Assembly: GCF_006345805.1 (NCBI RefSeq)
Contig: NC_043009.1
Location: 56,916,001-56,980,000, forward strand
Origin: Octopus sinensis
Lineage: Eukaryota
Direction: 5' to 3'
Length of the DNA: 64,000 nucleotides
Below, in pieces: positions 51,370-64,000 of the stretch. The notes beneath the pieces were generated by a model. The model saw nothing but the letters and a program-made list of their open reading frames with translations. It did not search any database and was not told where the DNA came from. The position numbers and the translations under genes were made by a program. Numbering within the stretch: the first letter of the stretch is position 1; the number at the start of each line of letters is the position of its first letter.

Positions 51370-51420
<51 letters not shown>
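49770..51420. repeat. Compound (TA)n/(GA)n/(TG)n/(ACAT)n microsatellite field
   Basis: Direct reading. Confidence 0.9.
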
Positions 51421-51422
<2 letters not shown>

Positions 51423-51828
51423 GTGGGGGTGGTATATGTGTGTATGGATATGTGGTAAGAAGTTGCTTTCCAAACCAAATATTCCGCTTATATATATATA
51501 TACGAGGGGTTTCTTTCAGTTTCCGTCTACCAAATCCATTCACAAGGCTTTGAGCGGCCCGCGACTATGGTAGAAGATACTTGCCCAAGGTGCCATGCAG
51601 TGGGACTGAAGCCGGAACCATGTGGTTGGAAAGCAAGCTTCTTACCACATAGCCATACGCGGCAAAACAGATCAATAGAACAAGTACTAGGCTTACAAAA
51701 AATAAGTCCTGGGGTCGATTTCTCCGACTAACACCCTTTAAGGCGGTGCTCCAGCATGGCCGCAGTCAAATGACTGCAACAAGTGAAAGAATAAAAGAAT
51801 ATGTATGCATATATGTATATATGCGTGT

Positions 51829-51876
<48 letters not shown>

Positions 51877-52479
51877 CACAGCACACAATCATCCTATGTA
51901 TATAGTTACATATATGTATGTGTACAGGTATGTATGTGAGTGTGTATACACCACACCACTATCCTATGTATGTATGTATGTATGTAAGTATGTGCGTGTG
52001 TAGGCATGCACATACACGATTTTTTCATGGGGTATCTGTACGTTTCGTGATGTGACTGGTCTGTACTCATAAAGCCTTTTTCCAAGGCCCGGGTTGGGCA
52101 ATAGCTTTTCATTTATAGAAGACAAAAAGTCGCCCCTGGATGGAATCATTTTCTCTCTTTGCCATTTCTGTTCTCCAAGAGAAAGTCAAGAGCCGATACA
52201 GTTTGACACCAGTGACACAGATAAATACAAAGAGTCAAAATGGCTATTGCAAGGTATCCTGTTCGATGTTCTAATAATTTCATTAATCCACTGCACTGTA
52301 CTGGTTATTATTTATCGATTCCATGACAATGAAAGGTGATGCTGATCTCCTTAGGATTTGAACTCAAAGTGCAAGGAACCAGAAGAAATATAGCAAGAAA
52401 TTCTATGCGATGCTCTAACGGCACATCGAAACACTCACACACTTCATTAAACATCTCTGTTTAAACATCTCTTCATTAA

Positions 52480-52890
52480 ACATCTCTGCGGATCCGTGGA
52501 ATAAGCTGCCAGACGAGATGATGAAGATGCCGACGACCGCTCGGTTCAAAGTCTCCCTTGACATCAAGTGGCCTGAACTCTTTACATGAACACCACCCTG
52601 TACATAACTTCATGTCCCCCTACATAGCCTTGCTTTTTGCTTTTTGAGCCAAAAAATTAACTAACTAACTAACTAACATCTCTAAATATCTCCTTGCACT
52701 TTTACTTAGATATCAGTAAAGCGTTCGATTCTGTACATTCAGATATATTGTTGCCCAAACTTAGGCAAATAAGTTCCTAACAATTGGTTTAGACCATACC
52801 TCTCACAGAGCAAACAGTATGTTTCTGTTGAAGCATCAAAATCACCATTATCTACTATAAAGCTTAGGAATCAGTCAGGGGTCCATACAC
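52480..52890 (+). mobile_element. Two CR1-type LINE fragments (3' end; RT motif)
   Basis: WNKLPDEMMKMPTTARFKVSLD and LDISKAFDSVHSDILLPKL..NWFRPYLSQSKQYVSV. Confidence 0.7.
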
Positions 52891-53319
52891 ACACGCTTAC
52901 ACATACACACACACACACGCTTATACATATGGGCACTATACGCACAAGCACATGAGCAGAGAAACATAGAAACATGATACGCACACATTTAGACACACAC
53001 GCGCACACACACAAATACATGCGTGCACGTACACACATGTACACATGCACTTGTACGCAAAAAACACATAAAGACACACACAGACAGATACAAGCACACA
53101 TTTACCTACACAAACACGCGCACACTCGTTTGAGCACGCGCAGGTACACACGCGTATGCACATACATACAGACAGTTACAAACATGCACACATACACACA
53201 CACACAAACACACACACACATACATACTCACACAAGCACACGCACACGCTAAAATGACATGATTGAATGACATTTAAACATAGAAACATTAAAACATTAG
53301 GCTAATGGCTTTTAACACC

Positions 53320-53720
53320 TTCACCATCGTCACCTCCACCACCACCATCACCACCACCACCACCACCATCACCACCAACTCCACCACCACCACCATCATC
53401 TCCACCACCATACCATCGTCACCACCACCACCATCACCATCGTCACCTCCACCACCACCATGGCCAACACCACCGTCATCGTGACTTCGCCAACACCACC
53501 GTCACCAACACTTTCGCCAGCATTGTAGTACGACACGAATTCATTAAAATAATTAAAAATACACACGTACAACATTATGAACAATAACAATAACAATAAC
53601 AGAAATAACACAACCTGACCACCAAATAACAACACAACACCACCGACGCCGACGTCACCGCCACCACTAACAACAACAACAACAACAACACAAGTAACAG
53701 AAAATGCCATAAACAACACC
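53320..53720. repeat. Degenerate (CAC)n/(AAC)n repeat
   Basis: Direct reading. Confidence 0.85.
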
Positions 53721-53889
53721 AAACATCAAATACATGCTCTCACACTCAGCATCAGGAACATACCGCACGTACATACGCGCGCACACACACATACACACAA
53801 ACACGCGCACACATGTGAACGCACGAACTCACACACATACATATACGCGCACGAACACACGAACGCGCACATACATATACACACGCACG

Positions 53890-53923
<34 letters not shown>

Positions 53924-54999
53924 CTCTCTCTCTCTCTCTCACTGAGGAGACGAAACTACTTTGACTTAGATGTAATTCCTCCACAACACACAACGAAGAT
54001 AGCAAAATAAGAAACGAGCGGAATGACAGCCATTGTGAGAGTCCCTGCTAACATCGCCATTGGTCAACCAAGAACAAACAACAGCAATAGAGTACAAACA
54101 CTGCCCAGATGTCTATTAATCCATCCTACTCTAGGCACAAGGCTTGAAATTTGTGGGGAGGGGGCCCAGTCGATTAGATCGACTCCAGTACACAACTGGT
54201 ACTTAATTTATCGACCTCGAAAGGCTGAAAGGCAAGGTCAACCTCGGCGGGATTTGAACTCAGAACGTGAAGACAGGCGAAATACCGATAAGCATTTCGC
54301 CCGGCGTGCTAACGTTTCTGCCAGCTCATCACATTAAGGAACAATAAATATTCTTTTCTACTCTAGGCATCAGGCCCGAAATTTGGCGGGAGGGGGCCAG
54401 TCGATTAGATCGACTCCAGTACGCAACTGGTGGTACTTTATTTATTGATCCCGAAAGGATGAAAGGCAAAGTTGACCTCGGCGGAATTTGAACTCAGAAC
54501 GTAACGGCAGACGCAATCCCTATTTCTTTACTACCCACAAGGGGCTAAACACAGAAAGGACAAACAAATGGATTAAGTCGATTATATTGACCTCAGTGCG
54601 TAACTGGTACTTATTTAATCGACCCCGAAAGGATGAAAGGCAAAGTCGACTTCGGCGGAATTTGAACTCAGAACGTAGCGGCGGACGAAATATGGGTAAG
54701 CATTACGCCCGACGTGCTAACGTTTCTGCCAGCTCGCCGCCTTTCCTAGATGTCTATTAATGGTTGTCTCACGTGTCCGAGAAAGACGATTCGGCGATTT
54801 TTTTTTTTTTTTTATTTCTGAACGACCTGCCCAGATGAATTGTTTATAGAGATCAAATGTACGTGCTGCACATTACCTTATTCCATCCCATCAAATCGAC
54901 ATTACCTGAACAGGTGCGCGGTGTAGCACACCTCAGACGTTGAAGCGATTGCAAAGTGACGTACTCGATTTAGTTTAGTACAGCAACATTTGTTTGCCT

Positions 55000-55960
55000 A
55001 GCGGAGAATAAATCTCTCTGTTTTGTCCAATGCAAACTTCGTTCTTTAGTTATTATTAACCGTGTTCATACAACCTCTTGTAAGAAGAAGCATATTTAAT
55101 CTACAAACGTTTCCCCAGCGCAGCATAGCAAGCGAGCTTACTTGTCACCTGCTATGCCAGTCCTACCTGGACCGTACCATCTCTCTACAAGAAACTGCAG
55201 TAAACTAGAAAGAACACAACACGGCTTACGGCGCCTGCACCAAGTGAACTGCTTTGACTAAGCACCAGAATTCCTGCAATACCATTATCTGAAATGTCAA
55301 GGATGCTTTCGAAACCTAGTTCATCCTTTTATTCATTTATAAAAAGGGTTTCTCGCAACGTTATGGAATCCTTCTTCCTTCGACTTCTTAGCTATGAAGG
55401 TTCTGTAAGCAGTTCTATTGCATAGGAAAACCTTCCGCAATCGCTGCCATCTGCTTGGCATCTAAATCCACGCTGGAAACGTTAGGTAAATCTCCTCTAA
55501 TATTATTTTTTTCCACTCTACCAGGTTCATCTCCAATACACCAATACGAAAACATCTTTGGTCGCTTGAAACCAACGAAGTTGGGCATGGATTCACTGAA
55601 GCTCCGGCGTTTGGCGACGGACTTGGTAAACACCCACAAAGTTATCAACCACCTCACCAACAACAACACTGAACACCTTTTTGACCTCCATGTGTCTAAC
55701 ACACGTGGACATGCCTACAAAGTCAGAAAAACAATACAGCTCCCATGACTTTCGGAAACATTTTTTCACGCTCAGAGTTGCTGAAGCATGGAATAAACTG
55801 CCTGCGTCAGTTGTTGACTGCCATGACACTGCATCTTTTAAGGCCCTCATGCTTTCCGAAATCCGCCGAAACTTCACCTGATTATATATACACTTTAGAT
55901 GAGTTGTAGTGCACCTGAGCACTGTACACAATTATTATTATTATTATTATTATTAAGTCA
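55000..55960 (+). mobile_element. CR1-type LINE 3' end with (TTA)n tail
   Basis: LKLRRLATDLVNTHKVI..NTRGHAYKV..FFTLRVAEAWNKLPASVV. Confidence 0.85.
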
Positions 55961-56057
55961 CTTACTCTAATAATGTGCCTCATATAATGCACCCCAGAGC
56001 AAGTCAAACTCACCAACCTCTCACTCGATCTCTCTTTCTCTCTCTTACACACACACA

Positions 56058-56095
<38 letters not shown>

Positions 56096-56224
56096 ACCGC
56101 TTTCTCTTCACGCTCGAAGCCCCCCGCTGTCCTACATTCATTATCTGCTGCAGCCGGTTTTTCTAACTTAGAGAATGAAATACTCTACTATCTCCCATAA
56201 TTTTCTCTCTTATCAGCTTTTCCC

Positions 56225-56720
56225 TAAAGAAAGACTCTGGAAGAGATTGTCAGTTAATGTGACACCTATCAGAGATGATCGTATCTCTCGACGATCAACT
56301 GTGGTGATATAGAGAGAAATCAGGATGGGGACTGCTGCTAAAATTGCAGGAGTGCTGAACGAGATATTCTTGGAAAGAGGCCAGGTGGACGAGCTACTGA
56401 TGAACAACAGCACCGCATTTAGTTCAGGGCTAATGAAGGAAATGCTCGACGGGTGGAATGTCAGATGCTTCTTCAGGAATTGCATATGGGCCGAGCAGAA
56501 GTGAAATTGTAAAAAGACACAACATAATCAAAGTTGAGGCCGAGAGAAGGCGACTTTCTCCCATTGAGGTAGTCTTCTGATACAACATGTAGTGTTGCCC
56601 AGGGCAGGAAAAACTGACGAGTCAATCCTACGAAAAACAATCCTCAGATAAGAACGGTGACACCTGAGCAGAATAAAGGCAAAGTTTCGAGGAAAGGGGA
56701 AGGACCTGTGTGGTTACGGA
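56225..56720 (+). mobile_element. Gypsy-type integrase core relic
   Basis: LWKRLSVNVT..VLNEIFLERGQVDELLMNNSTAFSS..WNVRCFFR, a degenerate rve core. Confidence 0.65.
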
Positions 56721-57849
56721 ACGGGATTTGCGAGTTTCATAAAAAAAAAAAGAACCGCGGGAGAAAACTGAGGGAACTTTTATCCGTTAGAGTTATGTCC
56801 CTTGAATAGTACTTCACTCTTCCAATTATTCTGAGTTCCATGATTTATTTACCAAACTCTCGTGCACAAGACTGATTGGTAAACTCGGCTGAAATTAAAT
56901 GAGTCTATAATACCTCATTTGTGTGTGTGTGTGTACGGGTGCGTGCGTGCATCTGTCTGCTACCTCTATATCCGTCGATCCATCAGTCTTTCTCTCTCAC
57001 TTTATCTACCTCTCTACCTATCTATTTATCCATCTGCTATCTACTATTACACATAGACAGGCTTCCGTTTATCCGTCTATTAGCCTGTCTATCTATCTGT
57101 CCATCTATCTACCTGAGATGTTTAGGTTTTTCTCACAAATATTAATTACGTAAATGAAATGAAATTAAATGGTTTCTGCAGAACTCGAAACTGCATCGAC
57201 ATCTCAGCTCACTGTTTACTAATTGAGTTGTTGGCCTTGATTACGAATCGAACTAGCCAGACAACTTCTGCTAACCGAAAAATCTAAAATAAATCATAAA
57301 AATAATGCAAACACAAATAATTTAAAAACTTTTGGGAGCGAGTAGGGTGCAGTGATAGGCAGTGTGGTTGATGCCGGACAGATTTATTTACTGGCGTAAG
57401 GGCATTTGTTCCACCCAGGAATCGAAACTGCACAAGAGTGGCTTCATTCCCTAACATTTCATCTGTACTGCTTCGTCGGAGATACCTAGAAATAATATAT
57501 TGACCATTCATAAAGACACTAGAATATTTATAACGAGCGGGGAGGGGAGAAGAAATTATACGTCGATGGTGCTCTTCCTCTTTCGAAAACAAATAAACAT
57601 CTTGAGTAAACAAACTTCAATCGGAAAACAAATCCTTTTTTTTTTGTTGTTGTTGTTGTTTTGCTTTTATTTATTTTTATTTATTTTTTGCATTCTTTCG
57701 ATTGGCATAATTTTGTTATATCTATAGTCCATAAATACATTTAAAAAAACAGGACAGGCACACACAGACACAGACAAGAACAAGCACACACACACACAAA
57801 TAGAGGAACAAGCGCGCACGCATGTACAACCCATTAGCTTTCCTCCCAG

Positions 57850-58162
57850 TCATAGAAAGAGCCGATTTCGGTGTTTTGGTCCATCGAGTTATATCGAAAG
57901 AATGTCTTTTTTTTTTCACAAGATACAAAAACTGTTATCTATTTGACCGGTGGACGTTATGTGACGTTCATACTTTCCTCAATAACCTTAGTGCCATAAA
58001 TGAAGTGAAATAGCTCCAGCGGGAAGTCGGAACCATGTGTCTCGATTCAGATATAAGGGTACCCGCGTAATTTCACTCACTCTTAATTCATGTGGAAATA
58101 ATAACGTTGGATACATTTATTGATGTTACACCGCCGGCGTGGTACGAATGCTGTTCTCTGGG
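57850..58162. promoter_or_regulatory. Probable CpG-enriched promoter / 5' UTR exon of the ATPAF1-like gene
   Basis: Local CpG enrichment, Ets-like cgggaagtcggaa at about 58020, and a + strand donor TGGG|gtaagg at 58163 upstream of the ATG exon. Confidence 0.4.
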
Positions 58163-60606
58163 GTAAGGTCAAATGGTTTTATTCAATATCGACAAAATAA
58201 ACATTGATATGTTCTTTATTTAAACAGCGAAACATGTGAATTATTATTTTTAAATAAACGACAACATTCATTTAAATGTTATTAATCGATAACAAGATTA
58301 CATCAAGTTAACTGTTCAAGAGTAAATATTACCGTCTGTGATTTCATTTTACGTAGTTTAACTACAAAATAACCTTATTGATATAATTTTTCAATCCAAA
58401 TTATTTATTCATATAAATTTGCCTAGAATATTGATTATTCTCTAATCTTAACGCTCCATTTATTAGCTTGTTGTTTTTTTATTCTACTTTATTATTATTT
58501 TCCTTCCTTTCTGCAAATGATGTTGACTACTTGCGGTGTAGTTAAACGTGTGCTTTTAATTTTGAAATACAGCCTTATCGAACAAGCATATGATAAAAAA
58601 AAAACGTGCCAGTCGTGACCATTACAGGGAGTACATGTAGAACCAGCTTATTTAATGCTCCCTTTCCAAAGACTGTAGTGTCTTATATGAGGGTGGTTTG
58701 ACTTCTATTTTAAATGACACAGTGTAACGAAGCCTTTGAATTACAACTACAGCCCAATAAACAAGCGTCTACAGTTTTCACCTATCCATTTTACATCTGT
58801 TTGGTTGGCCCATGATACCACACGGTGTGATATTGAACTCTGCATCTCAAGATTGCTAACTGGTATACATATGTATGATGGGTACAGCCATTGAGTTGTG
58901 GTTAAAAACTTTGTATCATAACCACATAATTTCAGGTTGGCCCCGAACCCAACCTTGCTTTGAGAGAAACTATGTGTATATCATCATCACTTTCCATGAT
59001 TGCATGGTCAGAAGCAATTTGTTGAGGCAGAGTTTCTGCAGCCGGATGCTCTTCCTGTCACCAACTCTGACTTGTTTCCAAGCAAGGTAATATTTCCCCC
59101 ATGGCCAAGATGCTCATTTACAACCCTCATGTGACGTCAAGATAAGGGTGCACACACACACATACACATACACACACTCAACAAGCTTCTCTTTGATGTG
59201 CTCAGGCACAACTGTTCTTATCTCTGTTCATATGAGGTCTGATTCCAAAGTTGAATGATCCTCTTCTCCCACATCCTTACAACCTTATCCACCATCCTCC
59301 CTCATTCCTCTGTACCCACACCCTCTTCTATACATTCTTTGGACATATGACCTTGAGAGTATGTTCGGGCACCTTATCATCACGATGGCTCCATTTCAGC
59401 CACTTCCATCCGCCTATGTGAAATGCTGGACAATCATGAGTCTCTTCCATAATTGTAAACCAGTTCCTACTTCCCTTGTCATACTTTAACTTCTCAACCT
59501 CTTGCCTGAAGCATCCCCCCCTCTCTCTCCTATTCTCCTCCACCAAGGTATTTCTTTAGTCTTGCAAGTTACAAGGTAACCTCATTAGTACTGGTTAGTA
59601 TTAGAAAGGACATCCAGCCTTGAGAGCCATGCCAAATCTAGGACACTGGAACGAGACACGGTCATCTGACCTGTTGAATCCAGTCAAAACATCCAACTCA
59701 TGCCAGCATGTAAAAGAGAACGTTAAATGATAGCTGTGGCACTAGTGGTGATTGCTGCTACCACTATCAATTATTATTTTGTATATACCACAATATATAC
59801 ACTCTGTTTTGACTGAATCTCAAGCTTGGTAATTTGATTTGTTTTCTTCGACCTCTGTGGACACATCTGATTTTCAAACCAAGTTGTTGTTTAGTAACCC
59901 TTCTTTGTATACATTCAGACTGGAATAGTTTCATAACCTAAATGGGATTTTACTATACATTTATGAAGGAGTTTAAATGCATCTGTGTTTAAGTATTTAA
60001 AAGTTCTTACTATTATACACCGTCATATTTACCTTTTCGTTTTGTTTTTCCAATGTATGTTCTTCAATTTTCAGTTTCTTTTTTTATCTGTTATAAATCC
60101 CTGAATTTTTATCTCCATTTTTACTTTCTAAATATATAACTAAGTATCTGTCTATAGATTTCATAATTTGTGTTAAAGCTGGGTGGAGTTTATTTATACT
60201 TGGACCTAATTGTATGCCTTAGACTGAATTGGTTACAATTAGCTAGGGTTCTTTAACAATCCAGGAGAATTACAATGCAGACAGTAGTCCAGAATGTGAC
60301 AGCAGAGCGAGAGGTTTCCAGGAATCATGGCTTGGATGCGACCCGTCCCTTAGAGTGTAAGGAGTTGAGGGCAAAAACATTTGCGTGACATGAGGCTTCT
60401 CTAAAGACCTGCTGTTCAGCTCTCCCTAGTTTCTTACTACCGATATATATATCTAGCAGTGTATGATTTTATGGCTAGATGTCTTTTGTTAGGATAATTA
60501 TTCATTAAGATTTTTTTTTTCTGTATGAAAATTAAAAATTGATATTTTCTTTTTTACATTTTCCATACTAACAGCTATAAAATCCTGAATTAATAAACTG
60601 TAAGCA

Positions 60607-60833
60607 ATGTTGCAGTTATTGCACCGAGGAAGGCAGTGTTTGCACCAAGCTGCTATTGTTTGCAACAGCTGCAACCTGATGCGTACCTTCACTGCACTTC
60701 CATTCACAAGAACACAAAGAAACTTCCAAACAGATTCTGTATATTTACAAAAGAACAAAACTGAACCTGAAATTGACCTTCAAAAAAATCCTTATTATGA
60801 GAAATACACAGAAAAGTTGAAGGGACTCCAAGA
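60607..60833 (+). CDS. ATPAF1: ATP synthase mitochondrial F1 complex assembly factor 1 (ATP11), first coding exon
   Basis: Arg-rich, acid-poor N-terminus typical of a mitochondrial presequence, then DLQKNPYYEKYTEKLKGLQ, matching the ATPAF1 NP(F/Y)Y.(K/R)Y..K motif (recalled, not searched); donor GA|gtaagt. Confidence 0.8.
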
Positions 60834-61280
60834 GTAAGTGTAGAGAATTTTTTATATACAACCATTCCGTCAGCTCACCTTCTTAATAATAGTAATAATA
60901 ATAATAATAATAGTAATAATAATATTAATAATAATAATAATACTTTCTACTAAAGGCACAAGGCCTGAAATTTTGTGGGAGAAGACTAGTTGATTACATC
61001 ACCCCCAGTGCTTGACTGGTACTTAATTTATAGACCCAGAGAGGACAAGAGCCAAAGTCAACCTCAGCAGAATTTGAACTCAGAATGGAGTGGTTGGTGT
61101 TAAGAAGGGTATCCAGCTGTAGAAACTCTGCCAGATCAGATTAGAGCCTGGTGCGGCCTCCTGACATGCTAGTCTCCAGTCAAACCGTCCAACCCATGCC
61201 AGCATGGAAAACGGACATTAAACGATGATGATGATAATATAACAGTGTTATTATATATTATAATGTTTATTGTATTTCAG

Positions 61281-61419
61281 AACAGACCCTGAAATATACA
61301 GTAAAAAGCTCGAGGAATTAAAAGAAAGTTTAAAACCAAAAGCAGCCCCTGCTGTGAACCCTAAAACAAAAGAAAAGGTACAGAAGAAACCAACTGAGAA
61401 AAAAACAGTCCCTAAACTG
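61281..61419 (+). CDS. ATPAF1: ATPAF1-like, second coding exon: (E)TDPEIYSKKLEELKESLKPKAAP..TVPKL
   Basis: Acceptor ttgtatttcag|A completes the phase-2 codon GAA; donor CTG|gtaaga; TDPEIYSKKLE parallels SDPAAFESRLE. Confidence 0.8.
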
Positions 61420-61879
61420 GTAAGATTGTCTTATGGTAAACAGTGGGTGGTGGGCAGTGGTTGAGAGGTCACAGAGGTGACAGGTTTAATGGACCTACAT
61501 TGTTGATCATTTATTTAAGACCTGGGCAAGGTTGCATGGTTGAAAAGTTCTCTTTCCAACCACAAGGTTTTGATTTCAGTCCCACTATGGTATCTTAAAC
61601 AAGGATCCTCTACTAAAACCCTTGGCCAACCTAAACCTTGTGAGTGGTTTTTGTAAATGAAAACTAAAAGAAACCTGTCATGTTTAAATATATATATATA
61701 TATATATATATATACCGCCTGACTGGCCCTCGTGCTGGTGGCACGTAAAAGCACCCACTACACTCTCGGAGTGGTTGGCGTTAGGAAGGGCATCCAGCTG
61801 TAGAAACTCTGCCAGATCAGATCAGACGCTAAACGATGATGATGATGATAATATATATATCCGTACATGACGCTGCTGT

Positions 61880-63235
61880 TGCCCTTCCTAGGGTCTCACG
61901 GGCCCACACCCTCAGAGTTGGCACTCTTAACATCGGCACACTGAAAGGTAGGTCTGGTGAGAATGTTGAGATGCTTGAAGTAAGGTGGAGAGGAGGTTCC
62001 GCTAGGTTCCTCAGGCAAAGAACACAGGTACAAGATTTTCTGGGCAGGGAACACTAGCAGAGTTGGAGGCGTGGGTATACTTCTTGCGGAGAAATGGGTT
62101 GATAAGGTAAACGAGGTAGTCAGAGTATGCGACAGAATACTTAAGATTAGATTAGATAATTGGTTAGCAACCATTATCTCAGCCTATGCCCCTCAGCCGA
62201 GGCTACCCGATGGCCAGAAAGACCGATTTTATGACACCCTCTTGCAGACTACCTCATTGGAAAATGACAGGGACCTTCTCTTTGTGGCTGGTGACTTCAA
62301 TGGACATGTTGGACAACATACAGGGGCTTCTATGGCATACATGGAGGCTACGGTTTTGGTTCCCGCAATGAGGAGGGAACCAGGCTGTTGGAGTTCTGCG
62401 ATGCAAATGATCTTATGGTTTGCAATACTAACTACAGGAACCTGCCAGTCATCTAGTCACCTACCATTCTGGGAGACACACTAGCCAAATTGACTACATC
62501 CTCACCAGAAAAAGGGAAAGATGGCTGCTTATAAATGCCAAAACTTTCCCAGGTGAAGAATGTACCCCGCAACATAGATTGGTAGGTAGCGATTTCAGGA
62601 TCAAGGCTAAATGGATGCCCAGAAGACAACAAGCATGGAGGAGAAGGGTTTGGAAGCGTAAAAGATCCTGTGAATGGACAGAGATTTAGTGATATTACTC
62701 AAAGCCTTTGATGAAATAGAAGGGGATATAGCTTCACACAATGTAGAAAACAACTGGAGGTTTCTACGAGACAACCTGCTGAAGGCCACTGACCAGATCT
62801 GTGGATGGTGCAAAGTCTCTTCTTGACCCAAAATAACGTGGTGGTGGAACAGTGTTGTTGACAGGGTTATTAGAGAAAAGAAACAGGCTTGGAAGGACTG
62901 GAAGAACAGTGGTAGTAGGGTATTGTATCAGACTGCCAGATGGGAAGCTAGGAGACAGATTTATTTAGCCAGAGGGGAAGCAGATAAGAAAAAATTTGCC
63001 AATGTTCTGCGCCGTGAGGACCAAAGACTTGAGGTATTTTGTGTTGCAAGACAGTGTGTGAGAGAGAATCATGATGTCGTAGGAGAGAACTGTGTCCACA
63101 TAGATGATGGTTCACTTGCACTAAATGAGGCTGCAAAGAGAGATGTTTGGAGACACCACTATGAAAGGTTGCTCAATAAAGAGAATGAATGGGAGAAAGA
63201 GTCTGCCGAATGTCGACCCATTCAAAAGTTGAAAT
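61880..63235 (+). mobile_element. Degenerate 5' part of the same RTE family as 21155-24110, in an ATPAF1 intron
   Basis: HTLRVGTLNIGTLKGRSGE, LAEKWVDKV, VAGDFNGHVG, HHYERLLNKENEWEKES. Confidence 0.88.
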
Positions 63236-64000
63236 AATGCAAAGCACATTGTGATCAGTGATGTATAACAATATCAAATTGTCTTGTCAGTCACATGACT
63301 TGATATACATGTGTGTGTGTGTGTGTATGTAGAAGGTTGGAAAGTAACACACGAGTTAATAAAAGAGAGAGAGAAAACATGGAAAATGTCCTACCTATTT
63401 GAAGACTATGAAAATATTTTTAAAAACATTTCATTTAATTTTTCCACAATTTAATTGCTTTCCTTGCTTTATTCATCGTCGTTGTTGTTTAGCACCTGCT
63501 TTCCATGCTGGCATGGGTTGGACGGTTTGACTGAGGACTGACAAGCCAGAAGAAGGCTGTACTAGGCTCCAATCTGATCTGGCAAGGTTTCTACAGCTGG
63601 ATGCCCTTCCTAACGCCAACCACTCCAAGATTGTAGTGGGTGCTTTTCATGTGCCACCGACACGAGGGCCAGTCAGGCGGTACTGACAACAACCATACTC
63701 AAATGGTCCTTTTTATGTGCCACCAGCACAGGAGCCAGTCAAGTGGCACTGACAACGATCACACTCGAATGGTGCTTTTTATGTACCACCAGCATGGGAC
63801 TAGTCAGGCAGCACTGGCATCGACAACGCTCAAATGGTGCTTTTTACATGCCACTTGCTCAGGTGCCATTCAGGCACGGCAATGACTTCACTTAACGCAA
63901 TAGGTCTTCACAAGCACAGTTTATTGCCCAATGATTGAAGGGTACTCATATACTACATAGGTTATGGTTACGGTCTCACTTGGCTTACCAGATCTTCTCA

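Noticed and set aside
57722-57928. Signal-peptide-like ORF MRARLFLYLCVCVLVLVCVCVCLSCFF
   Set aside because: Hydrophobicity comes from a TG repeat; its best donor (AAAT|gtattt) joined to the first sushi exon creates TAG.

Overview
AT-rich, repeat-dense animal genomic DNA. The repeat types (tRNA-derived SINEs, RTE/CR1/Penelope/Dong LINEs, mariner/Tc1/pogo, long TA/CA/ACAT microsatellites) fit an octopod cephalopod; this is inferred, not verified. Most long ORFs in the track are transposon relics or microsatellite artefacts. Two host genes are visible. (1) On the + strand are the first two coding exons of an ATPAF1/ATP11-like gene (60607-60833, 61281-61419). (2) On the - strand, spanning about 6.1-46.3 kb and invisible to the ORF track, is a gene built entirely from symmetric phase 1-1 exons. 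It has two paralogous exons encoding a short 6-Cys sushi/CCP-like domain (147 and 180 nt), followed by an array of small and micro-exons (42, 30, 66, 66, 66, 123, 90, 27, 21, 18, 27, 33, 15 nt, plus weaker 33/9/6/48-nt candidates) encoding a low-complexity S/T/P/G/K/E-rich region. The array arose by serial local duplication of exon-plus-intron cassettes. Some copies have lost or shifted splice sites, and the substitutions in closely alignable small-exon paralogues are all amino-acid changing while flanking introns are near identical. The first exon(s) and 3' end of this gene were not established. It appears to lie head-to-head with the ATPAF1-like gene. All exon calls are from manual splice-site and frame reading; repeat boundaries are approximate.
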